A stretch of DNA of 56,744 nucleotides from Rhodospirillales bacterium (lineage in GTDB: Bacteria > Pseudomonadota > Alphaproteobacteria > Rhodospirillales > CALINB01). Location: NCBI GenBank assembly GCA_040904505.1, contig JBBDTH010000018.1, positions 1-56,744 of the forward strand, read 5' to 3'. Positions 10,495-20,325 of the stretch are shown piece after piece. Under the pieces are notes generated by a model. That model worked only from the letters and a program-made list of their open reading frames with translations. It was not told the DNA's origin and ran no database searches. The stretch's first letter is position 1. Each line of letters opens with the position of its first letter. A program made the position numbers and the translations under genes.

Positions 10495-11112
10495 GTGACG
10501 ACTGCATCGACCTCATCAAGTCCACGTTTGATCCTCGCTTCGGCATCCCCCCGCAGGCTGGCGCTTCTGCGGCAAATCGGCATTGTGCCGGTGGAGGTTG
10601 CTCCCGCCGATGTTGACGAAAGGCCCTTGAAGCGGGAACTGCCTCGTGTCTTGGCATTGAGATTGGCGACAGCGAAAGCGTCGGCCGTCCGGGAACGGTT
10701 TGCGGAAGATGTCGTTTTAGCCGCCGACACGGTTGTCGCGTGCGGCCGCCGGGTTTTGGCAAAAGCGGAAGATAAAAATGAGGCCCGGCGGTTTCTGGAG
10801 CTTTTATCCGGCCGCCGCCATCGTGTTTACGGCGGCGTGTGCGTCATGGATCGCGACGGGTCGGTCAAGAGCCGGCTCGTTACGACGGCGGTTCACTTCA
10901 AACGTCTTTCCCGTGCGGAAATCGAGGGCTATCTCGAAACCGACGAATGGCTCGGGAAGGCGGGGGCTTATGCGATTCAAGGGATTGCCGCGACATTCGT
11001 CCGGTCGATTAACGGCTCGTATTCCAACGTTGTCGGATTGCCGCTGTTCGAGACGGCAGCCTTACTGACGAGCATCGGGATACGCACCGGGGAAGGGACG
11101 CGGGCGCAATGA
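10495..11112 (+). CDS. maf: Maf-like nucleoside triphosphate pyrophosphatase
   Basis: LILASASPRRLALLRQIGI ... GKAGAYAIQG. Confidence 0.9.
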   Translation: MTTASTSSSPRLILASASPRRLALLRQIGIVPVEVAPADVDERPLKRELPRVLALRLATAKASAVRERFAEDVVLAADTVVACGRRVLAKAEDKNEARRFLELLSGRRHRVYGGVCVMDRDGSVKSRLVTTAVHFKRLSRAEIEGYLETDEWLGKAGAYAIQGIAATFVRSINGSYSNVVGLPLFETAALLTSIGIRTGEGTRAQ

Positions 11113-12584
11113 CGAGCGAGATTTTCGTGAATGCCGGTCCCGGAGAAACGCGGATCGCCTGGCGGCAGGACGGCCGCTTGTGCGAGCTTGAAATAGACCG
11201 GCCCGCGATCACGCAAAATATTCTCGGCAATATTTATATGGGCCGCGTGGAGAAGGTGGTCGGCGGCATCGAGGCGGCCTTCGTCGATATCGGCCGGGAT
11301 AGAGCGGGTTTTCTGGCCTTGCCCGAAGTCCGCCCGGCCGGGGCGGCGCCGGACCGTGGGGACGATCGCATCGGCACGTATCTTAACGAGGGCGACGCCG
11401 TTTTGGTGCAAGTCGCGCGCGAGGAAATCGAGGACAAGGGCGCCAAACTTACGGTGCGGATCACGGTGCCGGGAATTTTCCTGGTATTGACCCCGGATGA
11501 CCCTCGGGTTCATGTGTCCAGGCACATCGAGAGCGAGCGGGAAAAAGAGCGGCTGAACGGGATTGTCGAAGAAAACAAGCTCGATACCGAAGGGTTTATC
11601 GTTCGAACGGCCGCCGTGAATGCCGATGACAAAGATATCCTTCGGGATATGGTTCTGCTGCGCGAGCAATGGGCCGAAATTATCGGGCGGAACCGGAATA
11701 AAACACCGCCCGTTTGCCTGCATCAAGAGCCGCCGCCGGTTTGTCGCTGGATAAGAAATATCGCGGGGCACGATGTGTCGCGGGTGGTGATCGATGAGCC
11801 CCGCGTCTTCAATCTGGTAAAAAAATATTGCGAACGAACGGCGCCGTTTTTTTTGGACAGGATCGAGTCGTACCGAGAGGCGACGCCCGTTTTCGAGGCT
11901 TATGGCATCGAAGATGAAATAGAGACGGCTTTGGCGCCGTGTATCAACCTGCCTTCCGGCGGGCGGCTTCAGATCGAGCATACGGCGGCCTTGACGGCGA
12001 TCGATATCGATACCGCCCGGGCGAGCGATGGCGGCGGCCGGGAGGAGGCGAATTCAAAAGTCAATCTCGAAGCCGCCGTCGAAATCGCGCGCCAGGTGCG
12101 GTTGCGTAACATCGGCGGATACGTCGTCGTGGATTTTGTGCCGATGAAGCGCCGCGAAAACAGGGAGAAGGTTTTATCCGTGCTGCGCCGGGAGTTTGCG
12201 CGCGACCCATGCCCGGCCTTCGTCGGCGGCTTCACGAAATTGGGTAAGCTCGAGCTTACGCGCCGGCGCCAACGGGACTCGATGGCGAATATGGTGCTCG
12301 AAGGCGGCACGGCCGCCGATCGGTATCAATGTCCTAAAACGGCGGAAACCGTCGCATTCGAGGCCTTGCGGGCGGCGGTCCGCGAGGCCAGGGCCAACCC
12401 GGGCAAACGCCTCGAAGTGCTGGCCGGCCCGGCCCTGGTTGACATGTTGCAAAACGGCGGGGCAAAACCGGGGCTGGAGCAGGCGCAAGAGATGCTCGGC
12501 GGGCCGCTTAAGATCACCGTCCGGAGCGATTTTGCCGCCCTGCGCTATGAGATCGCGAGCGGAGAGGGATCGTCAGGACTATGA
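11109..12584 (+). CDS. rng: ribonuclease E/G family protein (RNase G-like)
   Basis: 491 aa. S1-like N-terminus NIYMGRVEKVVGGIEAAFVDIG and catalytic core. 4-nt overlap with maf. Confidence 0.9.
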   Translation: MTSEIFVNAGPGETRIAWRQDGRLCELEIDRPAITQNILGNIYMGRVEKVVGGIEAAFVDIGRDRAGFLALPEVRPAGAAPDRGDDRIGTYLNEGDAVLVQVAREEIEDKGAKLTVRITVPGIFLVLTPDDPRVHVSRHIESEREKERLNGIVEENKLDTEGFIVRTAAVNADDKDILRDMVLLREQWAEIIGRNRNKTPPVCLHQEPPPVCRWIRNIAGHDVSRVVIDEPRVFNLVKKYCERTAPFFLDRIESYREATPVFEAYGIEDEIETALAPCINLPSGGRLQIEHTAALTAIDIDTARASDGGGREEANSKVNLEAAVEIARQVRLRNIGGYVVVDFVPMKRRENREKVLSVLRREFARDPCPAFVGGFTKLGKLELTRRRQRDSMANMVLEGGTAADRYQCPKTAETVAFEALRAAVREARANPGKRLEVLAGPALVDMLQNGGAKPGLEQAQEMLGGPLKITVRSDFAALRYEIASGEGSSGL

Positions 12585-12796
12585 GTAAGAAGTCGCGCGC
12601 CACGGCGAAAGTGATCCCGCTGGCTATGGTTAACGGGGGCTGCCCGATCTGCAACCGCCCGACGGTAGCGGATTACCGGCCGTTTTGCTCGAAGCGCTGC
12701 GCCGATCGGGACCTCGGGCATTGGCTGAGCGAAACCTATCGGGTCGAAACCGACGAGGGGCCCGAGCTCGACGAAACCCCGGATGACGAGCGTTAG
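12581..12796 (+). CDS. yacG: DNA gyrase inhibitor YacG (zinc finger)
   Basis: CPICNRP...FCSKRCADRDLGHWL. Confidence 0.9.
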   Translation: MSKKSRATAKVIPLAMVNGGCPICNRPTVADYRPFCSKRCADRDLGHWLSETYRVETDEGPELDETPDDER

Positions 12797-12800
12797 AGCA

Positions 12801-12847
12801 GATCATGATTTATCGGAACCAAGGGGTGTTTCCGATAAATCATGATC
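12801..12847 (+). terminator. perfect 18-bp hairpin downstream of yacG (no U-tract)
   Basis: GATCATGATTTATCGGAA (12801-12818), an 11-nt loop, then TTCCGATAAATCATGATC (12830-12847). Confidence 0.4.
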
Positions 12848-12961
12848 CGATCTAGCCCGGCTTTCGCACCGTTCTGGACAGCCCGCCCGTTTTTATCTAT
12901 AAGCACCAATTCTTGCGGTTCCGGCGCGGCGTCGGCTTTGTAGTGCGCCGGCTCCCCTTCC

Positions 12962-13037
12962 GCCCAGGTAGCTCAGTTGGTAGAGCAGTGGACTGAAAAT
13001 CCTCGTGTCGGTGGTTCGATTCCGCCCCTGGGCACCA
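12962..13037 (+). tRNA. tRNA-Phe (anticodon GAA)
   Basis: GCCCAGGTAGCTCAGTTGGTAGAGCAGTGGACTGAAAATCCTCGTGTCGGTGGTTCGATTCCGCCCCTGGGCACCA. Confidence 0.95.
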
Positions 13038-13122
13038 TTTCCCTGTTGATTGTCCCCCGGAATTTGTCTTTCCTAGGGTTGATGGATTGCAGGATCTGAA
13101 AAAACCCGGCAAGGCGCCCACA

Positions 13123-14019
13123 ATGGTAACGCAAGCCCAAGAAATTTCATCTTCATCGCCGTCGGCGCGGTCTCTCGAGGTCGTGCCGGTATCGGCGGCC
13201 ATCGGTGCGGAGATCAAAGGGGTCGATCTGGCGGAGATGGACGCCGTGACGTTCGCGGCCGTTCGGAACGCCTGGCTCGAACATTGCGTTCTGTTGTTTC
13301 GCGACCAGGATATTTCGGATGCGGACCTGGTGGCGTTCAGCCGCCGGTTCGGCGACCTGGACGAATCGCCCCCCAACGAAAACGGCGTGATGAGCCCGTC
13401 GGGTTTTCCCGAGATTCTGGTTCTCTCGAACGTCGTAGAGAACGGCGTCGCCATCGGCAGCCTCGGCAATCAGGAATGCATCTGGCATTCGGACATGAAC
13501 TATCGCGAGAAGCCGCCGATGGGCAGCATGCTGTACTCCCTCGAAGTGCCGCCGTCGGGCGGCGACACGGGGTTCCTGAACGCCTACATGGCTTATGAAA
13601 CGTTGCCGGCGCCGCTGAAGCGCCGGATCGAGGGGCTCGAGATCAAGCACGATTCGACGACCAACAGCGCCGGGTACCGCCGGGAAGGTTCCGAGGACGT
13701 CACGGACGTCACGGTTTCGCCGGGCACGCGCCACCCCATCGTGCGGACTCATCCGGAGACCAAACGAAAAACGCTGTTCCTGGGCCGGCGCCGGTACGCC
13801 TACATCCCGGGCCTGGCGTTGGCGGACTCGGAGGCGCTGCTCGATGCGTTGTGGGCCCATGCGACCCAGGAGAAATTTACCTGGCATCATCATTGGCGCG
13901 TCGGCGATGTCGTTTGCTGGGATAACCGGTGCACGATGCATCGCCGCGACGATTTTCCGGAAAACCTCCGCCGCGTGATGCACCGGACCCAAATCAAAGG
14001 GGACCGGCCGTTCGCTTGA
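13123..14019 (+). CDS. TauD/TfdA family Fe(II)/2-oxoglutarate dioxygenase
   Basis: HxD in IWHSDMNY, distal His in CTMHRR, and overall TauD-like layout. Confidence 0.87.
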   Translation: MVTQAQEISSSSPSARSLEVVPVSAAIGAEIKGVDLAEMDAVTFAAVRNAWLEHCVLLFRDQDISDADLVAFSRRFGDLDESPPNENGVMSPSGFPEILVLSNVVENGVAIGSLGNQECIWHSDMNYREKPPMGSMLYSLEVPPSGGDTGFLNAYMAYETLPAPLKRRIEGLEIKHDSTTNSAGYRREGSEDVTDVTVSPGTRHPIVRTHPETKRKTLFLGRRRYAYIPGLALADSEALLDALWAHATQEKFTWHHHWRVGDVVCWDNRCTMHRRDDFPENLRRVMHRTQIKGDRPFA

Positions 14020-14040
14020 ATTTTACGCCGGTATGGCCGG

Positions 14041-15267
14041 TTACTCGACCCGGTGTTTTTGCGCCGTCGGCACCAACGATTTCTCGCCGAGCACCGTGAT
14101 GGCGGGCGTATCGCTGGCGAGGCAGATTTTTCGCAAGACGAAAATAACCCGGGCGAACGCCGTTTCCCCCCAAAACCAGTTTTCGAGTTGCCGTTGCGAG
14201 ACGGTTCCCGGCTGCGCCATCATGGCTTCCAAATAATAGGCCTTGATGTCTTCATAAGCCGCGCGCAGGAAGGCGTCTGTTTTCAGATCCCCGCGCGGCG
14301 GCGGGGTCGCGGGGTCCTCGATGAAATTCAGGATAAACGCGGCGGCCTCGGCGATGTCGACGCCGCTCACGCCGACCGTGGTGCGCCCGCGCCGTTCGAC
14401 GGACAAGCCGTACCAAGGTTGCAGCCGGTCCATTTCCTCCCGAAACGCTTTCGCCAAACCGTTCTCGTCGGCCTCGCCGGGCAGCGGCGGCAGATCGACC
14501 GGGCAGACCATGCCGGTCATGTCGTCGTCTTCGCTCTCGAGCGTATCGGGCGCGTCTTCCGGAAAATCGGCCAGCAACGGGCCGGTGTGCGCGTCGAGAA
14601 GATCCAACGCAGCCCGGAGAACCTTTTTCTGAAAGGCCGGGTCGTTGGGTGCGCCCAGGGGACGGCCGAGCATGAACGGCACCCACAGCGCCCGCGGCGG
14701 TTTGATCCGCTCGGTGTGGTCGCGAACGAGGCTGATTTGGGTCGTGGCGATGCCGTCGCGTTCAAGGTAATGAGCGAGCGCGCCGACGGCGCGCGTGCAC
14801 ATGGGTCAGACGGGCACCAGCAACACGGTGTCGACGCCGTCCTTCTTCAAAAGGCCGGCCAGGGTGCGCCCGGCGACGTCCAGCTTCTCCGGCGCCGTGC
14901 TGCCGAGCACGGAGTAATGGTAATCGGCAATGGAACCGATGACGCCCTCGCGGGCCAGTTCCTTGAGGCGCTCGAGCGGAAAGCAGATATTCAAATCCTG
15001 CTGATACCCCGTGCGGTCGAAATTCGAGGAATTATGCGCCATGATCAGATCGCCCGCCGGCGTGTCGGCGGGGATGATTCGGTAGTCGGTCGCGCCTCGG
15101 GTCAGAAGCGGATCGCTGTGCCGTTGCAGGGCGGCGGTCGAGATGATGGCGATCCGTCTTTCCTCGAGCGGCGGCCCCGGCGTCCAGGGAGTCGTCTCGA
15201 ATTCGGGACAGGGCGTCTTTAACAGATGGGCACTCATCGCCTCGGAGACGTCGGTGAGCCGAACCAT
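14041..15267 (-). CDS. glycine/sarcosine/betaine reductase component B (GrdB) family selenoprotein candidate, Sec at TGA 14806-14808
   Basis: ORFs 14806..15279 and 14041..14802 are in frame. The junction reads DTVLLVPV-U-PMCTRAVGALAHYLERDGIATTQISL, the U/CxxC core of the GRDB family. ATG 15267, with an alternative TTG at 15279. Confidence 0.8.
14778..14794 (-). promoter_or_regulatory. candidate SECIS stem-loop
   Basis: mRNA GCGCGCC-GUC-GGCGCGC forms a 7-bp GC stem that begins 11 nt after the UGA. The apical loop contains GU. Confidence 0.55.
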
Positions 15268-15431
15268 GAAATTTTCCAATCGAATTAGATATGCCTGACG
15301 GCGAGAGTTGCAGGATAAACAATCAGGTCGCGATTTGGCAAATCAAAGCGCGGCATTGCGGATTGGGCGGTTGCCTCCGGCCCGGCCTTCCTCCATACTT
15401 GCCTGAACGACATGTATCAGGGAGAATCGTC

Positions 15432-16226
15432 ATGACCGCCGAGCGCGTTAAAGTCTTCTGGCAGCCTGGCTGAACGAGCTGTCTTAAAACCAAGGAATTC
15501 TTGGCGGCCCGTGGGGTCGATTTCGAATCCGTTAATGTTCAGGACGATCCGGAAGGATTAGCCGAGTTACGCAGACTCGGGGCGCGGTCCGTGCCGGTCG
15601 TATCCGTGGGCGATAAGTGGACGTTCACGCAGACCTTCGACGATGTCTGCAAAATGTTGGGCATCGAATACGACGATACCCCGCAGCTTTCCCCCGAAGA
15701 CCTTGCCCGCAAAACGGATATGATTCTTGCGGCCGCCGAACGATTCGTCCGGCAGCTGCCGCCCGATCAGTTCGAGCAGAATGTCCGTACCCGCAAGCGG
15801 GCCTACAAGAATCTCTGTTATCATATTTTCCGGCTGACCGAGTCGTTCCTGGATGTCGTGATCGACGGCGGCGGCAAGGAGAAGTTTACCCGGGATCATA
15901 TGAATCCCCTGTGCCCGGCTCATCTGAAGTCGTTCGAGGATATCGCCGATTTCGGCGCGTCCGTGCGCAAACGGTTCAACGATTGGTGGGCGAATAAAGG
16001 GGACGTGTCCTTCGATCGGATCGTGCCGACGTATTACGGGGACAAGAAGATGCACTATGTCTTCGAGCGGTTGACGTGGCACCCGGGCCAGCATGTCCGC
16101 CAGCTTATGATGCTCCTGCGCGAGGACTTCAAAATCGAGCCCAAGCAACCCTTACAGGATTCGGATTTCGCGGGTTTGCCCATTCCCGAAAAGGCCTGGG
16201 ACGATGAGCCCGGGATGACGAAGTAA
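15432..16226 (+). CDS. glutaredoxin-fold / DinB-like fusion, selenoprotein candidate (Sec14, motif U-T-S-C)
   Basis: GGGAGA SD then ATG 15432. MTAERVKVFWQPG-U-TSCLKTKEFLAARGVDFESVNV...SVPVV is a Grx/NrdH-type fold with TGA 15471-15473 at the first redox position. The frame is continuous with ORF 15501..16226. The C-terminal half has a DinB-like His pattern (CYHIF, WHPGQH). Confidence 0.72.
15490..15504 (+). promoter_or_regulatory. weak candidate SECIS stem-loop
   Basis: CCAAG-GAAUU-CUUGG lies 16 nt after the UGA. It can be extended by GCUG (15478-15481) pairing with CGGC (15505-15508) across an 8-nt bulge. Confidence 0.25.
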
Positions 16227-16260
16227 GAGAAGTAAGTTAAAGCGTTCCGGGGGCGAAATT

Positions 16261-16355
16261 TGGCGGAAGAGAGTGGGAGTCGAACCCACCAGGAACGCCT
16301 AACGCCCCTGAACGGATTTGAAGTCCGCCCGAGCCACCGGACCCGATTCCCTTCC
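16261..16355 (-). tRNA. selC: tRNA-Sec (anticodon UCA)
   Basis: 95-nt reverse complement GGAAGGGAATCGGGTCCGGTGGCTCGGGCGGACTTCAAATCCGTTCAGGGGCGTTAGGCGTTCCTGGTGGGTTCGACTCCCACTCTCTTCCGCCA. It has the GGAAG start, a long acceptor stem, a long variable arm and a CTTCAAA anticodon loop, as in E. coli selC. Confidence 0.93.
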
Positions 16356-16398
16356 AGGAAGAAGCAACTTAAAGCCGAACGCCCGTTCGGACAATGAC

Positions 16399-16428
16399 GA
16401 TCTGGGCCGATCTGGGCCGATGCGGGCC
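16399..16428. repeat. three tandem copies of a 10-nt unit GATCTGGGCC (third copy degenerate)
   Basis: gatctgggcc gatctgggcc gatgcgggcc, located between typA and selC. Confidence 0.7.
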
Positions 16429-16462
16429 GACCCGACTCGCGCCGTTTGTTGGGGGGCGGGCG

Positions 16463-18286
16463 TTACGCGGCCCGCGACGCGCGTTTGCGTTCGTGTTCCT
16501 TGAGGAACTTCTTGCGGATGCGGATCGATTTCGGCGTGACCTCGACCAGCTCGTCGCCGTCGATGAATTCAAGCGCATATTCGAGGGTCGCGCGGATCGG
16601 CGGCGTCAACAGGATGTTTTCGTCGCTGCCGGCGGCGCGAATATTCGTCAGTTGTTTTGTCTTGAGCGGATTCACGACCAGATCGTTGTCGCGCGAATGG
16701 ATCCCGATCACCATGCCTTCGTACACATCAAGGCCCGGATTGATGAACAGATCGCCCCGCTCCTGAAGATTGAAGAGGGCGTAGGCAATCGATTTTCCGG
16801 TCGCCATCGAAACGAGGACGCCGTTGCGGCGCTCGTTGATGCTGCCGGTCACCCGGGGGCCGTAGTGATCGAAGGTATGGTACATCAAGCCGGTCCCGGA
16901 CGTGGTCGTGAGGAAATCCGAGCGAAAACCGATCAAGCTGCGGCTCGGGATAAGATAATCGAGCCGGACCCGTCCCTTGCCGTCCGGCGTCATGTCACGC
17001 AGTTCGCCGCGCCGCTCGCCGAGCTTTTCCATGACGGCGCCCTGATGCTGTTCCTCGACGTCGATCGTCAACGTTTCCCACGGTTCGCAGATTTCCCCGT
17101 CGATCGTCTTCAAAATCACTTCGGGGCGCGAAATGGCCAACTCGTAGCCTTCCCGCCGCATGTTTTCGATCAGGATCGACAGGTGCAGCTCGCCGCGTCC
17201 GGAAACCTTGAATTTATCCTGGCTGTCCGTCGGTTCGACCCGCAGGGCGACGTTGTGCAGTAATTCCCGATCGAGGCGGTCGCGAAGATTGCGGCTGGTG
17301 ACGAATTTTCCTTCGCGTCCGGCGAACGGCGAGTCGTTAACCTGAAACGTCATGGAAATCGTCGGTTCGTCGACGACCAGGGGCGGCAGCGCCTCGACGG
17401 CATCCGGGTGGCACAGCGTATCGGAGATGTGCAGTTCCTCGAGGCCGGTGAACGCGATGATCTGACCGGCATGGGCTTCTTTTTGTTCGATCTTCTCGAG
17501 CCCGTGGAATCCGAGAATTTGCAACATGCGGCCCTGCCGGGTGTTGCCGTCGGCGCCGATTACGGTGATGGAGCTGTTGGCCTTGATCCTGCCCCGGCGA
17601 ACGCGGCCGATGCCGATGACGCCGACATAGCTGGAATAGTCCAGCGCGCTGACCTGCAATTGAAACGGGCCGTTTAAATCCACGTCCGGCGGCGGCACGT
17701 GATCGATAACGGTTTGGAACAGTTCGGTCATGTCTTCGCGCGGCGAATCAAGGCTTCGCGAGGCCCACCCTTGGGTCGCGGATGCGTAAATTACCGGGAA
17801 ATCGAGTTGTTCGTCGGTCGCGCCCAAGCGCACGAACAGATCGAATGTCTGGTCGACGGCCCAATCGGGCCGCGCGCCCTGCCGGTCGACTTTGTTGATG
17901 ACCAGAATAGGGCGCAGGCCTTGAGCAAGCGCCTTGCTCGTCACGAACCGGGTTTGCGGCATCGGGCCTTCGACGGCGTCCACAAGCAGCAGGACCGAGT
18001 CCACCATGGACAAAACCCGCTCGACCTCGCCGCCGAAGTCGGCGTGGCCCGGCGTGTCGACGATATTGATGCGCCAGTCCTTCCAGTGAATCGACGTATT
18101 TTTCGATAAAATCGTGATTCCGCGCTCGCGCTCGAGATCGTTCGAATCCATCACCCGTTCCGACGCGTCGCCGAACTTCGTGAGCGTGCCGGATTGGCGG
18201 AGCAACTGATCGACGAGCGTGGTTTTGCCATGATCCACGTGGGCGATAATGGCAATGTTGCGAAGGCCGCTTATTTTATCGTTCAT
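16463..18286 (-). CDS. typA: translational GTPase TypA/BipA
   Basis: 607 aa. [22 protein letters not shown] plus full-length BipA-like sequence. Confidence 0.96.
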   Translation of the reverse strand: MNDKISGLRNIAIIAHVDHGKTTLVDQLLRQSGTLTKFGDASERVMDSNDLERERGITILSKNTSIHWKDWRINIVDTPGHADFGGEVERVLSMVDSVLLLVDAVEGPMPQTRFVTSKALAQGLRPILVINKVDRQGARPDWAVDQTFDLFVRLGATDEQLDFPVIYASATQGWASRSLDSPREDMTELFQTVIDHVPPPDVDLNGPFQLQVSALDYSSYVGVIGIGRVRRGRIKANSSITVIGADGNTRQGRMLQILGFHGLEKIEQKEAHAGQIIAFTGLEELHISDTLCHPDAVEALPPLVVDEPTISMTFQVNDSPFAGREGKFVTSRNLRDRLDRELLHNVALRVEPTDSQDKFKVSGRGELHLSILIENMRREGYELAISRPEVILKTIDGEICEPWETLTIDVEEQHQGAVMEKLGERRGELRDMTPDGKGRVRLDYLIPSRSLIGFRSDFLTTTSGTGLMYHTFDHYGPRVTGSINERRNGVLVSMATGKSIAYALFNLQERGDLFINPGLDVYEGMVIGIHSRDNDLVVNPLKTKQLTNIRAAGSDENILLTPPIRATLEYALEFIDGDELVEVTPKSIRIRKKFLKEHERKRASRAA

Positions 18287-18390
18287 TTAAGGTGTTTACC
18301 TGCGTTGGAAAGCGGTCATGTGTCACCTTTTCCCCCGGATTGCAAGGGGGCTTTCGGCAAAGCTACGGTCAAAGCCTACGGAATTGGAGG

Positions 18391-20325
18391 TTAATCATCC
18401 GTTAGGGGGCGGAAAACCTCGTCCGCGGGGCGGAGGATGCCGCGCAGGTCGCCTTGGCGTTTGGTCAGCTTGACCGTATCGAAGTATTCCAGGAGTTCGA
18501 TGGTCAGGTTGCGCCCGATCCCGGAACGGTCGCGGAACGCGGCGGCGTTGAACAGGCCATCCGGGCTGTCCGTGGCCAGTTGCTCGGCGATGGCGCCAAG
18601 CCGGTGCAAGGCGTCGGGCGTGAAATACCGGTTCTTGGCAACGGGTTGCACGACGCCCCGCCGAACGCTCCGGTCCAGAAACCGCTGAAGTTGATCCGGT
18701 CTCATGCCGAGGTCTGCGGCGAGTTCGCGCACGGTCGGCGGGCGCAGCCCCGCTTTGTCCAGCAGCGGCTTGACCCGCTTCCAAAGCGCGGCTTCCTGGG
18801 GCGGTATGGACGGTCGGTGTCCGGCAAGGCCGATAAGCTCGCTCCGGCGCGTTAGGCTCTTATCGTCGATAAGGCGTTCCACGGCGGCGCCGAGCAAGCC
18901 GTCGATTAACCGCAGGGACAGGCGTTGTGTTACTTGGACTACTGTCAGGCCCGGGCTTTCCGGCCGTTCGCCATGCCATTTCTTCAAGGTATCGAGAAGT
19001 TCCGTTTGCAGCCGGTCCCATAAACGGGGAGCAAGGGCGAACCGCTGCGTTCCGGCCGTTAGAACCGTTATCGAGCCGCTGTCGCGAAGCGCGGTATATT
19101 CCGATTCCGTTAAATTCCGGGCCCGGGCGAATTGAGTAAGGTCGATGCCGTTCGGCGATGATTCCGCCAGTTCCGATAAGGCAAGCGTGGGGTTGTCTTG
19201 GTCCAGGGCAACAAGCTGGAGGAGGCGTTCCGGCTTCGCGCGTCCCCGTTTCGGCGCGAAGGGATCGAGCACCCAGCCGCCGCCGATCGTCCGCCGGGCC
19301 GATTGGTCGCGCAGGATGAAGCGGTCGCCGTAAAAAACGTTCGTTTTATCGTCCAGGACGAGTTGCGCAATGCCGGTATCGCCGGGTTCGATCGCGCGCG
19401 ATTCCAAGATGGCAAGGCGTCCCGGCAGGTCGGCGGCGCCGACGTGCACGTGTACAGGCATCCAATGCCTGAGGGGGCGCGGCTCTCGGATGAGGGCGCG
19501 GACCTTGACGTCGATCCGGTCCGTCGGCACGAAGGCAGGCTCCGCAACGATCCAGCTTCCCCGTTGAACGGCCGATTTCTTGAGATCGCGGCCGGTCAGG
19601 TTCAGGGCGCATCGTTGCCCCGCCGATCCGCGCTCGGATTCCCGGTTTTGGGCGTGCAGACTCCGCACGCGGGCGGGGATGCCCGCCGGCGCGACGATGA
19701 TCTGATCGCCCGTTTGCACCGTTCCGGAGAATACGGACCCGGTGACCACGAGTCCGGAGCCCGAAAGCGTAAAGCACCGATCGACGGCCAGCCGAAAGTT
19801 GCCGTGCGTTCGGCGCCGTTCCAGGTGATGGGCGACATCGTGAAGATGCCGGTAGAGGACGTCGATGCCGTCGCCCGTCAGTGCGGAAACGCGGAAGCTC
19901 GGCGCATTTTCAAGCGCCGTTCCACTCAGAAGCCCGGAGATTTGCACGTCGACCTCATCGAGGCGGGCTTGATCGACCCGGTCGCTTTTCGTAATCGCGA
20001 TCGCGCCGTTTCGCACATTGAGCAGATTAAGGATGTCCAGGTGTTCCACCGTTTGCGGCATGATGCCGTCATCGGCGGCGACGACGAAAAGGACGAAATC
20101 GATGTTGGTAACGCCGGCCAGCATATTGCGAACGAACCGTTCGTGACCCGGTACATCGACAAATCCGAGAGTCTCGTCGTCCCCGAAAGCCTTATAAGCG
20201 AAACCGATGTCGATTGTCAGGCCTCGGCGTTTCTCGTCGGGCAGGCGGTCGGTGTCGATTCCTGTTAACGCCTTAACCAGAAGTGTCTTGCCGTGATCGA
20301 TGTGGCCGGCTGTCGCGATAATCAA
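18391..20325 (-). CDS. selB: selenocysteine-specific translation elongation factor
   Basis: 644 aa. [41 protein letters not shown] plus a long winged-helix C-terminal extension. The TTG start overlaps the selA stop (TTGA). Confidence 0.93.
   Translation of the reverse strand: MIIATAGHIDHGKTLLVKALTGIDTDRLPDEKRRGLTIDIGFAYKAFGDDETLGFVDVPGHERFVRNMLAGVTNIDFVLFVVAADDGIMPQTVEHLDILNLLNVRNGAIAITKSDRVDQARLDEVDVQISGLLSGTALENAPSFRVSALTGDGIDVLYRHLHDVAHHLERRRTHGNFRLAVDRCFTLSGSGLVVTGSVFSGTVQTGDQIIVAPAGIPARVRSLHAQNRESERGSAGQRCALNLTGRDLKKSAVQRGSWIVAEPAFVPTDRIDVKVRALIREPRPLRHWMPVHVHVGAADLPGRLAILESRAIEPGDTGIAQLVLDDKTNVFYGDRFILRDQSARRTIGGGWVLDPFAPKRGRAKPERLLQLVALDQDNPTLALSELAESSPNGIDLTQFARARNLTESEYTALRDSGSITVLTAGTQRFALAPRLWDRLQTELLDTLKKWHGERPESPGLTVVQVTQRLSLRLIDGLLGAAVERLIDDKSLTRRSELIGLAGHRPSIPPQEAALWKRVKPLLDKAGLRPPTVRELAADLGMRPDQLQRFLDRSVRRGVVQPVAKNRYFTPDALHRLGAIAEQLATDSPDGLFNAAAFRDRSGIGRNLTIELLEYFDTVKLTKRQGDLRGILRPADEVFRPLTDD

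Noticed and set aside
4372-13037. tRNA-Thr and tRNA-Phe as integration sites of genomic islands
   Set aside because: No integrase, recombinase or duplicated tRNA 3' ends were seen nearby, and the flanks are conserved housekeeping genes.
14053-15222. 389-aa plus-strand ORF covering the GrdB-like locus
   Set aside because: Arg/Gly/Pro/Asp-rich low-complexity translation, exactly antisense to a gene with clear family motifs. This is a typical shadow ORF of high-GC DNA.
3991-15473. The three TGA-split ORF pairs could be ordinary pseudogenes or true adjacent genes
   Set aside because: This reading is disfavoured for four reasons. Each TGA falls at the first position of a UxxC redox motif inside a single recognisable domain. 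The flanking frames are continuous. The downstream halves lack their own RBS or lose the active site. A complete selA/selB/tRNA-Sec set is encoded alongside. Confirmation is still needed.
16399-16428. Tandem decamer repeat as a possible CRISPR or VNTR-type element
   Set aside because: There are only three 10-nt units with no spacers, which is far too short for CRISPR. It is recorded only as a minor repeat.
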